Shown: positions 47,745 through 60,384, counted from the first letter of the stretch. The stretch: 64,000 nt of DNA from Novakomyces olei (GCA_016906335.1 JADEYG010000015.1:1054001-1118000), one strand, 5' to 3'. The notes: generated by a model from the sequence alone, not told the origin. Translations and numbers: made by a program.

Positions 47745-49681
47745 ATGGTCAAAGCTGTCGTTCTTGGCGCGTAAGTTATTTGCCCAAGTTTGCCTTTGGC
47801 CCTACTAACTGGTGCAGGTCAGGTGTGTAAGAGTGCCGTCTGCTGTATTGTACTAACCGATACTCGCGTAAAAGGCGGAATCGGCCAGCCTCTGTATGTG
47901 CCGTGAGACTAGAGCAGGCGTACTCGTTGCAAAACCCTATACTCTTGCTGCCTGCTGCACGTGACTTGCAATTGGGCTCAATGGCATTCGCGCAGAGTCT
48001 ATCAGACGATACTGCTCTGCTATGACGCTTAGCGGGACAGCTTTGTCTGGTGGGATACGACTCTTCATGCCACCCACTATTGCGCTCTCAGTTTACGTGC
48101 AAACACAGCTCGCACAAGGGTCTTGCTCTAGTCGCTGTTTGATCTAATCACTTTTCTTTCTAACTTTATCAGATCGCTTTTGCTCAAAACCTCTCCGCTT
48201 GTTGATTCATTGGCACTTTATGATATCGTCAACACTCCCGGCGTAGCGGCAGATTTGAGGTAAACCCTAACCCTGCACTCTTTTCTACTCGACTGTTTTT
48301 GGTCTCTTTACTCGGTTTTGCAGTTTGTTTGCAGTTGTCTGCAGTTTGTCTGCAGTTTGTCTGCAGTTTTCACTCTGCTCTGAATATCAGAACAATCTCG
48401 TCTAGCGTAATTACTGATTACAGCCATATCTCTACGCCCGCTGTGACGAAAGGATATTTGCCCAATCAGAATGGAGGCATTGAAGCCGCGCTCGACGGTG
48501 CCGACGTCATTGTTATTCCCGCGGGAATTCCCCGCAAGGTGATCCGCTCCCCCGTCCATCGGCAATCAATGGCTAACCTTCCGTCTTGTGCAGCCGGGAA
48601 TGACACGTGATGACTTGTTCAATACAAACGCGAGTATTGTAAAGGGCCTGGCTCAATCGATCACCAAATTTGCTCCCAAGGCATTCGTTCTTGTCATCTC
48701 CAACCCGGTTAATTCTACAGTGCCCATCGTTGCCGAAATCTTCAAGGAGGCTGGAACTTTTGACCCTCGTCGCCTGTTTGGCGTAACGACGCTCGATGTC
48801 GTGCGTGCATCGACATTTGTCGCCGAGGCTGCGGGTATAAAAAACCCTGACGATATTTTCGTGCCTGTAGTTGGCGGACACTCGGGGGTGACAATTCTGC
48901 CTTTGCTCAGCCAAACTAAACCGGCCGTGAAATTGGACCAGCCAACGATCGAGGCGCTTACTCACCGCATCCAGTTTGGAGGTGACGAGGTCGTCAAGGC
49001 CAAAGACGGAGCTGGAAGTGCTACACTTTCTATGGCTTTTGCCGGGTTCAAGTAGGTTGCACTTTAATTACGTCCAATTTCTCATATAAATTGCTACAGT
49101 TAACTTGCTAACAATCACAGGTTTGCTGAGCAGATTATAAAGGCCGTAAAGGGCCAAAAGCATGACGTGCAGCCCACTTTTGTTTACCTACCAGGCGTAC
49201 CTGGAGGCGAAGCTATCGCAAAGAAGTTTGGCGTCGATTTCTTCTCCGTCTTGGCTGAACTAGGCGTAAGTAAACCCGATCTTTGCATTCGCCATTTGTG
49301 TTTAGTATTTTGTGGTTTGCTTGTAATATTTGGGGTTGTCTATCATTTCAATACACTTGCTCTTATAGAGCAGATTTTTTATGTCTCGTTTTTTTTTGAC
49401 CTGTCTCTTTTTCACGATTTCGATATTTGATATATTGTTCGTTTAAGCCCAAGTGGCGCTCAAGCGGCCTCTCTTGTTCGTTTGCATTTTTTTAAATAAA
49501 TTCATACGATTTAATCGTAGCGATTGATTCACTAATACGACAGCCTGACGGTGTTGCAAATGTTGAGCCATTTGGCAAGCTTTCTTCGTATGAAGAAGGA
49601 CTGTTCGACCAGGCTATCACAGACCTAAAGAGCAACATTGACAAGGGCGTCAAGTTTGTTCATAGCCCGCCTTCAAAGTAA
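47745..49681 (+). CDS. MDH: NAD-malate dehydrogenase with no presequence (cytosolic type), 8 exons incl. 5-nt and 19-nt exons
   Basis: Spliced [22 protein letters not shown]; '[17 protein letters not shown]', '[10 protein letters not shown]', '[10 protein letters not shown]', '[13 protein letters not shown]'. Confidence 0.96.
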
Positions 49682-50183
49682 GAGTAGTCTTTGAAAGCAC
49701 CAATATTTGCGGCACAATAGACCGCGATCATATTCTTGTTTAATTGATTGGCCCACTATATAAATGGTTAAGCAGCAAGTATGTATAGTTTGTTCATTAA
49801 TGCGATTTGCCAAGTATAGTATTCTATGTAGACGGGCAGTTGAAGATACTGAGAGCAAGATAGCAAGAAAAGTATGTTGATACATGAAAATAAGTATTTG
49901 AACTTGATAAACGTACATAATGTGTATAGTGAGTATGTGGACGTAGAGCAGTAGAACGAGAAAAAGTATTATGAACATATATAATGTTTAATATAGACGA
50001 TGAGACAGATAGAAAACGTGAACAATCACGCGTCCGAGAGGAAATAATACGTAATGCACACGCCGACGGGGACAAGTGACTTGAGGTAATATCGTACACG
50101 GATTATAAATAAATTAGAAACCCAAAAAAAAAGTGTTAAACATAGATATCGATGTAGTTTTTGTGACCAGAAATGCAATATAA

Positions 50184-52387
50184 TCAAATCATCTGGTCCA
50201 AAGCTCTCCTCACATCTGGCACGTATACCAAGTCTTCAAGAACGGGTATCAAGTCCAAAAGCTCCGTATCATGTGCATCGTTGAACCTATTTGATTAATC
50301 CCTATATTCAGCGCCAAATCTTACCAGGACGAAATAGGCAACGCATTCTGGGGATGAAATACATAGCTTGCCGGTGAATTGTCCATTATAATGATACTCT
50401 CTAACGGTCGCCCGAGCAGCGCGAGATGCTTTACATAATTGCCGTTATGATTTACGCAGGCTTCGCGAAACAAACGATGCCGTACCACTTTGTGTGAATC
50501 CAGCATATCCAGTACAGGATCAGCGTACTAAAATGTTAAAAACTGATTCAGTAGCAAGAAAAATAAGAATAAGAATAAAACGAATTAACAAACAATCTCA
50601 ATTAAAAGAGATACTCAGACCTTTGCGAGAGAAGCCGTGAATACAACAATCTCATAGATCTGTCCCATTCGTTTCAGAAACTCGTCTACGCCAGGCCGTT
50701 TAATCACGTATACATTATGAAAAATGCCATCAATCTCCACGGGTACTACGTAATCTGGCTGTGCCAACATCTAGGCGATTAGTGATGAAACAAGTTTTTT
50801 TCGTACCCTAAAAGACGAATGAACCAGGGTTTCGTCTAAATCTAAAACAAGGCATTTCCTTGGCTTGTCACGCTCGGTTTTCATTGGGAGAAGAGGAGAT
50901 CTCACCCGCTGATCGTTAGTTAAGAAGCTTGATGGTAATTTATGTACAAAGAATAATAAATAAAACAAAAAAAGACAAAACAAAGGCTTGAAAGCTTTTT
51001 GCAAGCGTATACAAGCAGAGATTTACAATCAAACGCAAATAAAACTGTTAAACCCTTACGTGATCATAATCGGCCAGCAGTAACGTCTGTAAATGGTCCT
51101 GGTGCTGCTTCACATAAGCATCCTGTGAGTCATCTGTCTCTGTGCCCTGGACAGGTGCCATTTCCATACTGTCCTCGGAGGGCGGTGTAACCTCTCTCGA
51201 GGGCACTTTGGGCTCAGACTCGTCTACAAAAAGCGATTGCTGCTGCGATGGGTCCAATGATTCTCTGGAAGGTACAATCACAGATTCTTTCGAGAGCCGT
51301 GATGATGATCTCGAGACTCCAGACTCTGGGCGTGGCCTTTTAAATGGATCTTCCACATATGCTCCGTCCTCTATTGCCCCTGAAGCAGAACCCGGGGTCG
51401 GGTCCTCAGTGTCCCGAGTAATTGTTATTGGCGGAGCCAATGGAGAAGGGACTGCTAAATGTGACTTTTGAGAGGCTTTTCGCTCAACATCCCTACCTTG
51501 CTGCTGAGTGTAATGGTGAGGCGTTCTGTTTTCTCGTTCTGGCAGTTTTGTAGACGCATGCTTTGTATTTCTGTCATAATCTTGCTTTTCCACCGGGGCC
51601 GTAGAAAGTGATTCTTCACTGTATTCATTAGACACGCAACAGCAACCAAAACATGATTTCAAACTTTCAAAGAAACCACCGCCCGATTCGCGTTTTCCGC
51701 CACGAATTTCCCGGTGCTGTTTGCTCTGCAAATTTGAAACGGGCCTTTTTGGCACATGGGCAGTCTCTTTTTCTTTTAAGGTTTCGCCTGTTTGTCGTAC
51801 ACCAGTATTTGGCTTTTGATCGTCTTTTTTACCCGGTTCTTCAGAGCCGTGTGGGCGTTGGCCTTCAATAGGAGATGAAGTGATGTGGTTCGCCAGTTGC
51901 TGACCCGCAGCATTCGATGGCGCAACAGTGTCATCCTTGGCCTTTGTTTCTACCGGAGCACTCGACAGAGGACCAGCAGAAGATCCAGCTGCTGTTCCTG
52001 CCGCTGCTGCCTCTGTGTCAGCTGTACTGAGAGGAGCGCTCTTGTCTCTTGAAACAACAAATGTATCGTCGAGCAGACTCGGCTGCTTGTCCTTATAATA
52101 CTCAGCTAAATAAAATTAGTCTCTTTAAAATTATAATAACAATAATAATAACATTTTTTTTTAATTTAATTTAATTTTGTTTTTGTTTTTGTTTTTAAAT
52201 TTGTTTTTAATTTAAAGCAAAAAATGAAAAGTGTGATAGTATTACGTCCAGCTGGGGGTGACAGGGGAGTCGCTTGTTCGACTTGTGGCGGTACTTGAGC
52301 TACAGCCGACGAGGATGCATCGATGGTTGCAATATGATTGTCATCATGCTCGCTCGGGCCGGCGCCCGCAGCGGCATTGACACTCAT
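50184..52387 (-). CDS. PSR1: Psr1/SCP-type (FCP1-like) HAD phosphatase, ~6 exons
   Basis: '[15 protein letters not shown]', '[13 protein letters not shown]', '[11 protein letters not shown]', '[13 protein letters not shown]'; Cys cluster 'SCFGCCC'. Confidence 0.88.
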
Positions 52388-53297
52388 AAATTTCAGGTTA
52401 CGGCTCCAAGTGCCGTAACCTTAATTGCTAGTGCCGATGAGAACAGCTGGCAAGCGAGAATAGTATCGAACGGTCGGCCAACCAAAACAAACTCGAGAAA
52501 ATAGGTTCGGCAGCCGATCCAGCAAAAATTAATTAGTGGCGCACTTAGTGCCGTAGCATGCACGCCTTTTACCGGTTAAACGAGTCACGAGCAATGACCA
52601 GTGCTTCTCCACAGAAGCGTAGGCTCGTCTATTGCGAGTGCGAGCGCATTCAAAACAAAAAGTAATCACGATCTTGAACCAATACAAATTGGCCAAGAAA
52701 TAAAAGTGCGGTCTGCACAGGAAATGGCTGTGTAAAAGGTGCCCGCGCAGTCAAAGCGGATAGTAATTTCGGCACTGTTGGCCGTAATTCGCTATTCACG
52801 CTCGTCTGATCGCCTTTGTTCTGCGTCGCTTGTTTATCGTTTTGTATATAAATTGTTTGTATACGTTTGCCTATACAATTTGCCGATTTCAAATACTTTG
52901 GGGATAAATTGTATTATACGATATTTATTATGCATATCATTATTATAGACCTCCTACATTGCACACAGCGATACTTGGTTCTAGAATCAATATTATATAG
53001 GGGTTACTTGCAAGCATATAAGCCCTAACTAACCCTAAAGCAGTACTTTTAAGATTATTTTTTATTTATTTAGAGTATACATTAACATCGAGTCCTTGTA
53101 GTCAAGGCGATGATATAGGACAGCCATTGATACTCGAGGAGAGGGAGATGAAACACGTAAACTTACGCACCTCTGAATCCCTACAAAGCAGTCTCAGTTT
53201 CCAATGCATGCATATTTATTAATCAGAAGACTGCTACCGCAATACTATCAATACTTGCTCGTCCACACCCGGTCTAGTCATGGAGAGACCAAACCTT

Positions 53298-55787
53298 TTA
53301 GTCTAATTTTAGTGAAGAAGATGCCATCCGGGACAGGGAAGAGTCAAGTCCGTGAGCCTGAGACTGGGTCCTTTGAACTTGAGCATGCTCTGCACTCCCA
53401 TCTGCGGCTGTGCTCTGGTCTTCATGGCTATCAAGGCTCTCGGCATCGCTTTCTTCAACAGCATCACTATCCTCAGCCTCATCATCATCATCATCATCTT
53501 CTTCTTCATCTTTATCCTGATCACTGCCTGCTGGTGCAGTATAATTCTTGCCCGTGCTTTGTGGCAATTTACCCTTTTTCTCAAGCTCCCCGTCTCCATC
53601 GTCGTCGTCGTCGAGAGGAGGCAGAGGAGTTCGCCAGTAAGCCAAGTCAGTGTACTGCGCCTGTTCGCCACGCACAGACGAGAATCCTTCCAGAGGCGGG
53701 AAAAAATGGTCTACTAGATCATTGATACGAATGTACGAACTATCGTACCCACGCAGCTCAAACAGCTCCATATGTACTTGTCCGTAAGAGTTTATAGTGA
53801 AGATACGCGAGGAGGGCACTCCGACAGATCGGTACGAGACAGCGTCAGTCAGCCGATTGCCAAAGCCTGCGTAAAAGGGGTTCCGAGACGATCCAAACAG
53901 GTTCAGCAGGTCACGTAAACAGGCCATTTTGAATACCTCTGGTTTCCTCAGGACTACTTCCCTTCTCAGTGCTGCCAGAGTTCGATCCGGGGATAAGATT
54001 ACCGGGCCTAACGGCATATGGTAGTTGTCCTGCTCAATGTTACGCAGGTACTGCCGCGTTGTATCCGCCAGGCCGGCAGATCGGCTGGTCAGGTAAATCA
54101 TGCGATACCCGTTCCGGCAGATATCAGAGTACAATTTGGCCACGCCCGGGTGAGTCCAGTCCCGGCCGGCCCATGTCAACAGATGGCCCAATGCATCAGA
54201 CTTTGTTATTGTTCCATCAATGTCGGATATCACAATGGCATCGTTATAGTTCCAGAGGAAAAGGTAGGCCACACAGGTGGCCTTGCCTGAATTTACACTA
54301 AACTTGAGCTTGTTCATTCCCTCAGCCAAATCAAGCGCTTTGAGCTGCTCTGATGTAAGCCGCAGAGTTTTGGCAAAATTTTTACTTCCTGCCGCTGCAC
54401 CATGGGGGAAGGCTTCCTTTTGTTGGGCTGATGCAGCGGCAGTATGGCTCTCCTGCCGGTAAGCCTGGGTTTCCGAATCGGATTTCCTTCGCTGGTGCAG
54501 CGATGGCTCTTTCACAGGAGAGTCTGTGATTGCAGTCGCTGCAGGGGCACTTGGATTTGAGCCTGAAGGAAGCTGAGGCTGGCATGATCCTGCTTCTGTG
54601 TCTGACAATTTTTGTGTACGTCGACGCTCTGCATCACGCTTAGCGTCCTCACTGGCGTATATCCATATATTGCCCTCTGGCCCATAGCCAATCAAGTTTT
54701 TCAGTTCATCGTTCTCACCGAGCAAATCCTTTTTCAAAATTTCTTTGGCCAGTTCATGGCTGTTCACCATTTCGTCCTGGTCGTACTTGTAGCCACGCAT
54801 ATCGAGAATAATGTCACCCTCTTCATTGATTACAGTGGGGATCTCTTGTCCGTTTAGCGTTCTACTCAAAACCGCATCCAGCCTTTCCTTCAAACGCGAT
54901 GCTGTTTTCTGGTCCCGTCTGGGGGACGTCGGACGGCCAAATGAATGGGTCGAATAATTGCCCATACTCTGACTCCGATCTCGTCCAAACCTTTGCTGGG
55001 AAGACGTATCCGCAGTGTCCCTTACACTCGACACAGACCAATCACCGCTGGCTGGGCGTAGTTTAAATGTGTCCTCTTCATCGTCACTGCTCACAGGGTC
55101 ACCGATCTCCTTTCTGAATTCTACATCGTGTCGGCCCAGCTTGAGCAGGTGGTCCTGCTGTGTCTCGTTCAAGTCCAAATACTCGGGCTCCGTGGATGAC
55201 TTGTATTAGCATTGAATAGGGTAGAATGCGACTAGTGTAGAATGCGACTAGATCTAGAGTGAAATGGGAGAAATAAATAAAAGTCACGCACCGTAGTACT
55301 CTGAGCCGAAGGACTGGAAGCCGGAGAAATCACTGGGCTCGTTTGTAGCTCGGCAGGAATCGCTGCTTCTGTTTCAAAAACAAAAAATGCCTCGCCGCCA
55401 TCGCCAAGCTTCATAGAGTAAGGCACGCGCTTGCCATTCACGCTAAACTCGACCCGTTTCTCAGACGGCCGTAGCAGAGAAAATTTTCCAAAGCGGACAT
55501 GGAACGGCGAGCAAGCCAGCTCGCCATCCGGCTGCCTTACTACGATAACATCAATAGCCCCAGACAGAGTCGCCTGTAAACAAATTAGCCGCATTAAACA
55601 AGTCTCAAGACTAAACGCATGAGCAACTTACGGGATTGATGGAGTTCCATGTTTGTGCGACTGTGCCATTAGTAAATCGGTAAAACAAACGGTCAAAGGC
55701 AAACAGAGGTAAGGAGTTGTTAGACTAATAATGAAAAGACAAGCGGCATTATATACCTGAGCCAAAGGCGCGTCCTACAAACTGCAT
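53298..55787 (-). CDS. PAH1: Lipin / phosphatidate phosphatase (Pah1/Ned1), 4 exons
   Basis: N-LIP 'MQFVGR...[14 protein letters not shown]...SPFHVRFGK'; C-LIP '[12 protein letters not shown]', 'YAGFGNR'. Confidence 0.95.
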
Positions 55788-56310
55788 CTCGGTAGCGCGC
55801 CAATACTCCCGTCAAAGCACTTTTTTAAAAACGGGTAACACTGCACATGCTTGAAAAAGGGACAAAGGGCGCGTTCTTGCCGTCGCCCGCACGGAATATG
55901 CTGTGAAGGGATCGGTTCTTTTGCCTCGACAACCGTCCCAGAGAACGTTTGTCAGAATGACAGTAATTTATGTACTCTATTTATTATCTATCAGTGTACC
56001 AGAAAAAATACCCTATTCCCTATACTGTACAACAATTTAATTCATTTCATTTTTTCCTACAAAGGACACTCTTGACATTAGAGGATGAGGGATTTCATGT
56101 ATTTGCTTCGTAGGAGTTTTTGACCTTCTTGCGTCTTGCAAAATCTCGTTAATTGCTCACAAAATAGGTCTGTAGCAATTTTCCAAGCCCGTTTTATGCT
56201 GCACATATTTGGGTAATGACCTAAATTTAGATACGAGCCGTTATTGGATTAAGGTTTATTTTCGATCAGGATAGTAAGCCTTCAAGTATGAGGAACGTAC
56301 TGTAATCGAC

Positions 56311-56419
<109 letters not shown>

Positions 56420-56803
56420 TTTAAAAGCCGTAGATGACTTGTATCATTGCAAATCTGAGCGCAACAAAGATCTTCAAAATTAGAGAATCTTTGGGCTTAG
56501 ATTAGATAAAGGAGTCTCCAAACAATTCTCGTCCGTTGATGGGCTCGACGGTACAGTGTTTTTTTGACCTACTAAGCGAGACCCAAAAAATAAATATTTT
56601 AGCTTTTTGAACTAAAGGTTCATCAATTTGATTTTATTTTAAGGTACGATGACAGGCACAAGGACGTATCGAGCAATCCAGACTCGAGCCGTTCCATACT
56701 GCTTGAGTTTTAATGCACTTACTAAATACTACCAGGTTTTGAATCTTAATCTCTGCTTAAACGACATGCTTGGATATAGAAGTTTACGCCCCGATCGGCA
56801 AGC

Positions 56804-59728
56804 ATGAATGAGTTTGCAATGTTCCTGCTGGCGCTCGCCAGTGGGTGGCTCCTTTACCGTGTTTTTGTGCTGTTTACGTCATCGAATGATGTGCTGATGA
56901 AGTCACTCGGCATTGATTACCCGCTCCCGCCATTAGTCTCGCTGGATGCAATCACCTCAGACTCCGTTTCGATCCACTGGCGTAGTGAACGAAATATGGG
57001 AGGGCTGAAGAAATATTCGGTTTATGTAAATGCAGAGCTACGACGTGAACTGGACCCGAAGGAGACAAGTGTTACTATTTCCGAACTGAAGCCGGACATG
57101 CGCTACTCTGTAAGGCTTTTAGCAGTTAATGAACAAGACTTATCGAGTCAAACGCCCCCGATCGTGTTCAAGACAAAGTATCGCGAAATTCTGTCCAAGG
57201 CTGCAGAGCCGTCTGGCGCTGAAAGTCTATCGTCTCATGAAGGGGAGAATTATGTTCAATCTCTTGCTGGCAAGGCAAGCAATGCAATCAGTTCCATTGG
57301 TGCAATTAGTGGTGATGGAGGTGGTGACAGTACTGAAGACATACTAGCGTCGTGCGAAATACTGTCCCGGTCGTGTCCAAATTCAGTTGTCGTCACTCCG
57401 GAGCAGGAAAAAAAGCTGATCTCGATGCGCAAGGAAGTAGACGAATCAACGTTACGTGTCAAGCAGATGAAAGCAGAGCTTGAGCGGACAGAAAAAGGTT
57501 TTCAGCAGGCGGAAGACAAACTTGAAGAGGAAGTGGAAGCTTTACGTCAGCAGCGTCGAGAAATGGAGGCGTCTTCTGGTAAATTAAAATCTGAAATTAA
57601 AACACTCGAGCATCACAAGTCCCAGGCGGATATAGCAAAAAGCAAAGTTGATCGCAGCATTCATGAGGCCAAAAGTGCCATACAACGATTAAATGGCGAG
57701 AGTGAACGTTGGAAGCAGCGTATTGCCAAGCTCTCTACTGAACTGGCCTCAGAAACCAAGGCACAAAAAGAGACTGAAGAAGCGTATCAAGCCGCTCAAG
57801 CCAAATGGGACGAGGAGTTTGTTGATTTAAACAATCTATTATTAAAATACGAGGAGGAGAATAGGCAAATACGGGCAAAACTAAGGGAGGAAGAGGCCTC
57901 CGCGCAGAAAGCGCCAATTGATTCTCTTGAAATCACAAACGACACGCCTCTTCCGGGAGACGAGGACTGGGCCAGAGATCAGTCTATCCTTGCTCGTACG
58001 TACGAAGAAAAATTCTTACAGTACCATAAAGTGCAGGCACAGTATAATGCAGCACTGGAGGAAAATTTACGAAGAAATCAGTTACAGCAACAGGTGAAGA
58101 AGAGCATCCATCACTCGGCTACTTCCTCTCTACCCTTCCAGCAGCAAATTGGCTTGCAACAAGCCCCACAATTACGTCAAGATTACGCAGCAGCAGGCGG
58201 CCAAACGCTTCTAATACCCGCAGATACCACCGCATTAAACCAGTCACAGCAGCCCTCGCCTCTAGGGCCGCCTTGGCACTCTGCAAGCTCAGGTTTAGCA
58301 GGAAATCGCTTTGATTCGAATGCCACTAGTCCAAGCTTTGCTGCAGATAACAGCAACGGCAGTTCAAGAATCAGTGCTAGTACACTGATCCCTTCGCATT
58401 TGTTTGATGGTACACCAAGTGCAGTTGGTCGACTCGTGGAACGATCAAGAACTTCATCGCCGAGCCCGCACCTGGACAAAAAATCGCTTGCCAGTGTCGG
58501 ATCGCCCGATAACTCGTCTGAATCTTCCCGTCAATCAAACAATACTCCCGACCTTGGACTCGTACAAAGCCATGCAAACTCGCCTCTGTCTTCAGTGCCG
58601 GGAAATGTCTCGCCCTCTTCATCCTCCCTCTTTAGCAGTTCGCAGCTATTGCTCCAGCACTCTTTGCACAACTCTGCCACCCTTCATAGTGGCGAAAGTA
58701 CGCACAGTAACAGCAATAGTAATAGCAGTTCTGCCGCTGCTGCTGGAAATGGAAGCACTGATCACCAGGCTGCACCGGCAGGCCAATCGAAACGGTTTCC
58801 CTTCTTTGGGAATCGGAACAGTATTAATCTGTTCAAGCAGCGAAATACTTCGTTAGACTCTGCCACCAGTAATGCATCATCGTCTATTGGACCTGTCAGT
58901 GGGCCTGTCGTGGGCAGTCTTTCCGGCGTTCAGACCCGTTCTTTCCCGAGAAAGAGCAATGATCTGCCTCCAATTGGCAGTCGGGCTCGGCAGGGCAGCG
59001 CTAGCTCTCTCGGAGCCAACCCTCCGTCCATACGCGTGAGCAGTAATAATTCGGGACTTGATGAAAAACACCCCGATTCAAAGTCTAGATTCTTGGCTCT
59101 CTTTTCCGGTAAAAACCCTAAACCTGGACCAACTGGATCTGGAGCATCTGCAAGCGGACCAGGAGCCGGAGGAAACTCTCCGTCAGGAAGTTTATTCCCT
59201 ACACAGTCGCGCGGTTCAACAGACGCTCTGGCTCTGCCTCGTCCTTCACTGGACTCCTCTTTATCCTTTGGATGGCCTACAGAGGGAGGAAGGCTTGCAC
59301 CGGCAGAATCATCCGGCTCTACCTGGCATTTTGATTCGTCGCTTACCCGCCCGTTGGCCACGTCCTCACCTGCTCATTCTGTCAGTCAGACACTCGAAAA
59401 TTCGGATTATGGTGCAAATAAAGTTGGAGGTAACAACGATGCGGATGATACAGTGGGCAGCTTTGGTGGCAGTGTGGGCGGTCTGAGTTTCTTGGACCGT
59501 AAATCATCAAAAGAATCAACGCTTAGCTCAGCCAAAAGCAACAAGTCACGATTGAATTTATCCAGACGGACGAGTTCAAACCGGATGAATGGCATTTTCA
59601 CGTTCTTTAAAAGCAACAGCAGCGGAAGCAGTAATGCTCCCACTGAATCTGCGGACGAAGTTCATACGTCTCCGCAGCAAGAACATGGACTTGAGCCTCG
59701 AGCGAGCTGCGATGGTTCCCCGTCCTGA
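56804..59728 (+). CDS. N-terminal TM + fibronectin type III + coiled-coil + Ser-rich tail protein (possibly YEL043W-like)
   Basis: Hydrophobic N-terminus; FN3 'SVSIHW...YSVYVN...ISELKPDMRYSVRLLAVN'; heptad-rich middle. Confidence 0.75.
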   Translation: MNEFAMFLLALASGWLLYRVFVLFTSSNDVLMKSLGIDYPLPPLVSLDAITSDSVSIHWRSERNMGGLKKYSVYVNAELRRELDPKETSVTISELKPDMRYSVRLLAVNEQDLSSQTPPIVFKTKYREILSKAAEPSGAESLSSHEGENYVQSLAGKASNAISSIGAISGDGGGDSTEDILASCEILSRSCPNSVVVTPEQEKKLISMRKEVDESTLRVKQMKAELERTEKGFQQAEDKLEEEVEALRQQRREMEASSGKLKSEIKTLEHHKSQADIAKSKVDRSIHEAKSAIQRLNGESERWKQRIAKLSTELASETKAQKETEEAYQAAQAKWDEEFVDLNNLLLKYEEENRQIRAKLREEEASAQKAPIDSLEITNDTPLPGDEDWARDQSILARTYEEKFLQYHKVQAQYNAALEENLRRNQLQQQVKKSIHHSATSSLPFQQQIGLQQAPQLRQDYAAAGGQTLLIPADTTALNQSQQPSPLGPPWHSASSGLAGNRFDSNATSPSFAADNSNGSSRISASTLIPSHLFDGTPSAVGRLVERSRTSSPSPHLDKKSLASVGSPDNSSESSRQSNNTPDLGLVQSHANSPLSSVPGNVSPSSSSLFSSSQLLLQHSLHNSATLHSGESTHSNSNSNSSSAAAAGNGSTDHQAAPAGQSKRFPFFGNRNSINLFKQRNTSLDSATSNASSSIGPVSGPVVGSLSGVQTRSFPRKSNDLPPIGSRARQGSASSLGANPPSIRVSSNNSGLDEKHPDSKSRFLALFSGKNPKPGPTGSGASASGPGAGGNSPSGSLFPTQSRGSTDALALPRPSLDSSLSFGWPTEGGRLAPAESSGSTWHFDSSLTRPLATSSPAHSVSQTLENSDYGANKVGGNNDADDTVGSFGGSVGGLSFLDRKSSKESTLSSAKSNKSRLNLSRRTSSNRMNGIFTFFKSNSSGSSNAPTESADEVHTSPQQEHGLEPRASCDGSPS

Positions 59729-59985
59729 ATTTATTTATCTCTATAGATAAGGTCGAATACTGCGTTTGTGTTTTGTAATATCATCCTGAGGGTTAGGGTT
59801 TATTGAAGAAAATGAATGCATGAATTCTGGACTTTTGAATTCATGCGTGCGCTGCTTGTCACAAAAGAAAATAATTAATCATATTGTATGTTCATTCCGC
59901 ATTCACAGTCCCTCCATCCGTGCGCGTACTAGTACGCGCACAAATATAGAATTATTCAGCGTCGAGGTCGCACGCCTGTCAAAGT

Positions 59986-60384
59986 TCAATCAAGATCCCA
60001 ATTAGCCTCTCGCGAAAGTCCCGCGAGCGCAAACAAATTGTCGCCAGTAGCGGCAGTGAGAAATCGCACCGAATTGCCCTGTATTGTTGCTGTATAATTT
60101 GCCAGCGCCTCTGTAAGAATCCATCGCTCGGCAGACGATATACGTAGGATCATTTGCTCTCTGATAATAGGCCCGTACGTACGCTTGTGGACATTTACCA
60201 CGTTTCTGCGAGCCAACAGCTCTGCTGCGACGTCAATTGACTCGCCAAAAAAGGATCTGACTGCCTGCGAAAGTAGGAACAGTATTTGAGAGTCTGACAA
60301 TGCGAAATCGCTCTTTTCCTCCTGACAGACAATATCTACACGCACATACGCAAACGGCACAGCCGCAAGCTTTTTGAGTCCCAT
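59986..60384 (-). CDS. Small protein, possible RNase P/MRP subunit Pop8
   Basis: Pattern 'LLSQAVRSFFG...ELL...ILRIS...ALANY...GDNLFAL' resembles fungal Pop8 from memory; ATG at 60384. Confidence 0.55.
   Translation of the reverse strand: MGLKKLAAVPFAYVRVDIVCQEEKSDFALSDSQILFLLSQAVRSFFGESIDVAAELLARRNVVNVHKRTYGPIIREQMILRISSAERWILTEALANYTATIQGNSVRFLTAATGDNLFALAGLSREANWDLD

Noticed and set aside
49670-49960. Cryptic peroxisomal PTS1 for MDH (ends PPSK*, with a GTAAGA donor overlapping the stop)
   Set aside because: Readthrough gives SK-x-E*, and none of the downstream AG acceptors I tried produced an SKL-like terminus.
52400-53298. Telomerase RNA gene around a CTAACCCTAA template
   Set aside because: The motif recurs many times in the window, the intergenic space is short, and I recognised no supporting TER elements.
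50184-55787. Lipin next to a DLDET phosphatase as a Nem1-Pah1 regulatory cluster
   Set aside because: The phosphatase has Psr1/SCP signatures ([24 protein letters not shown], Cys cluster) and no TM segment, so it is not Nem1.
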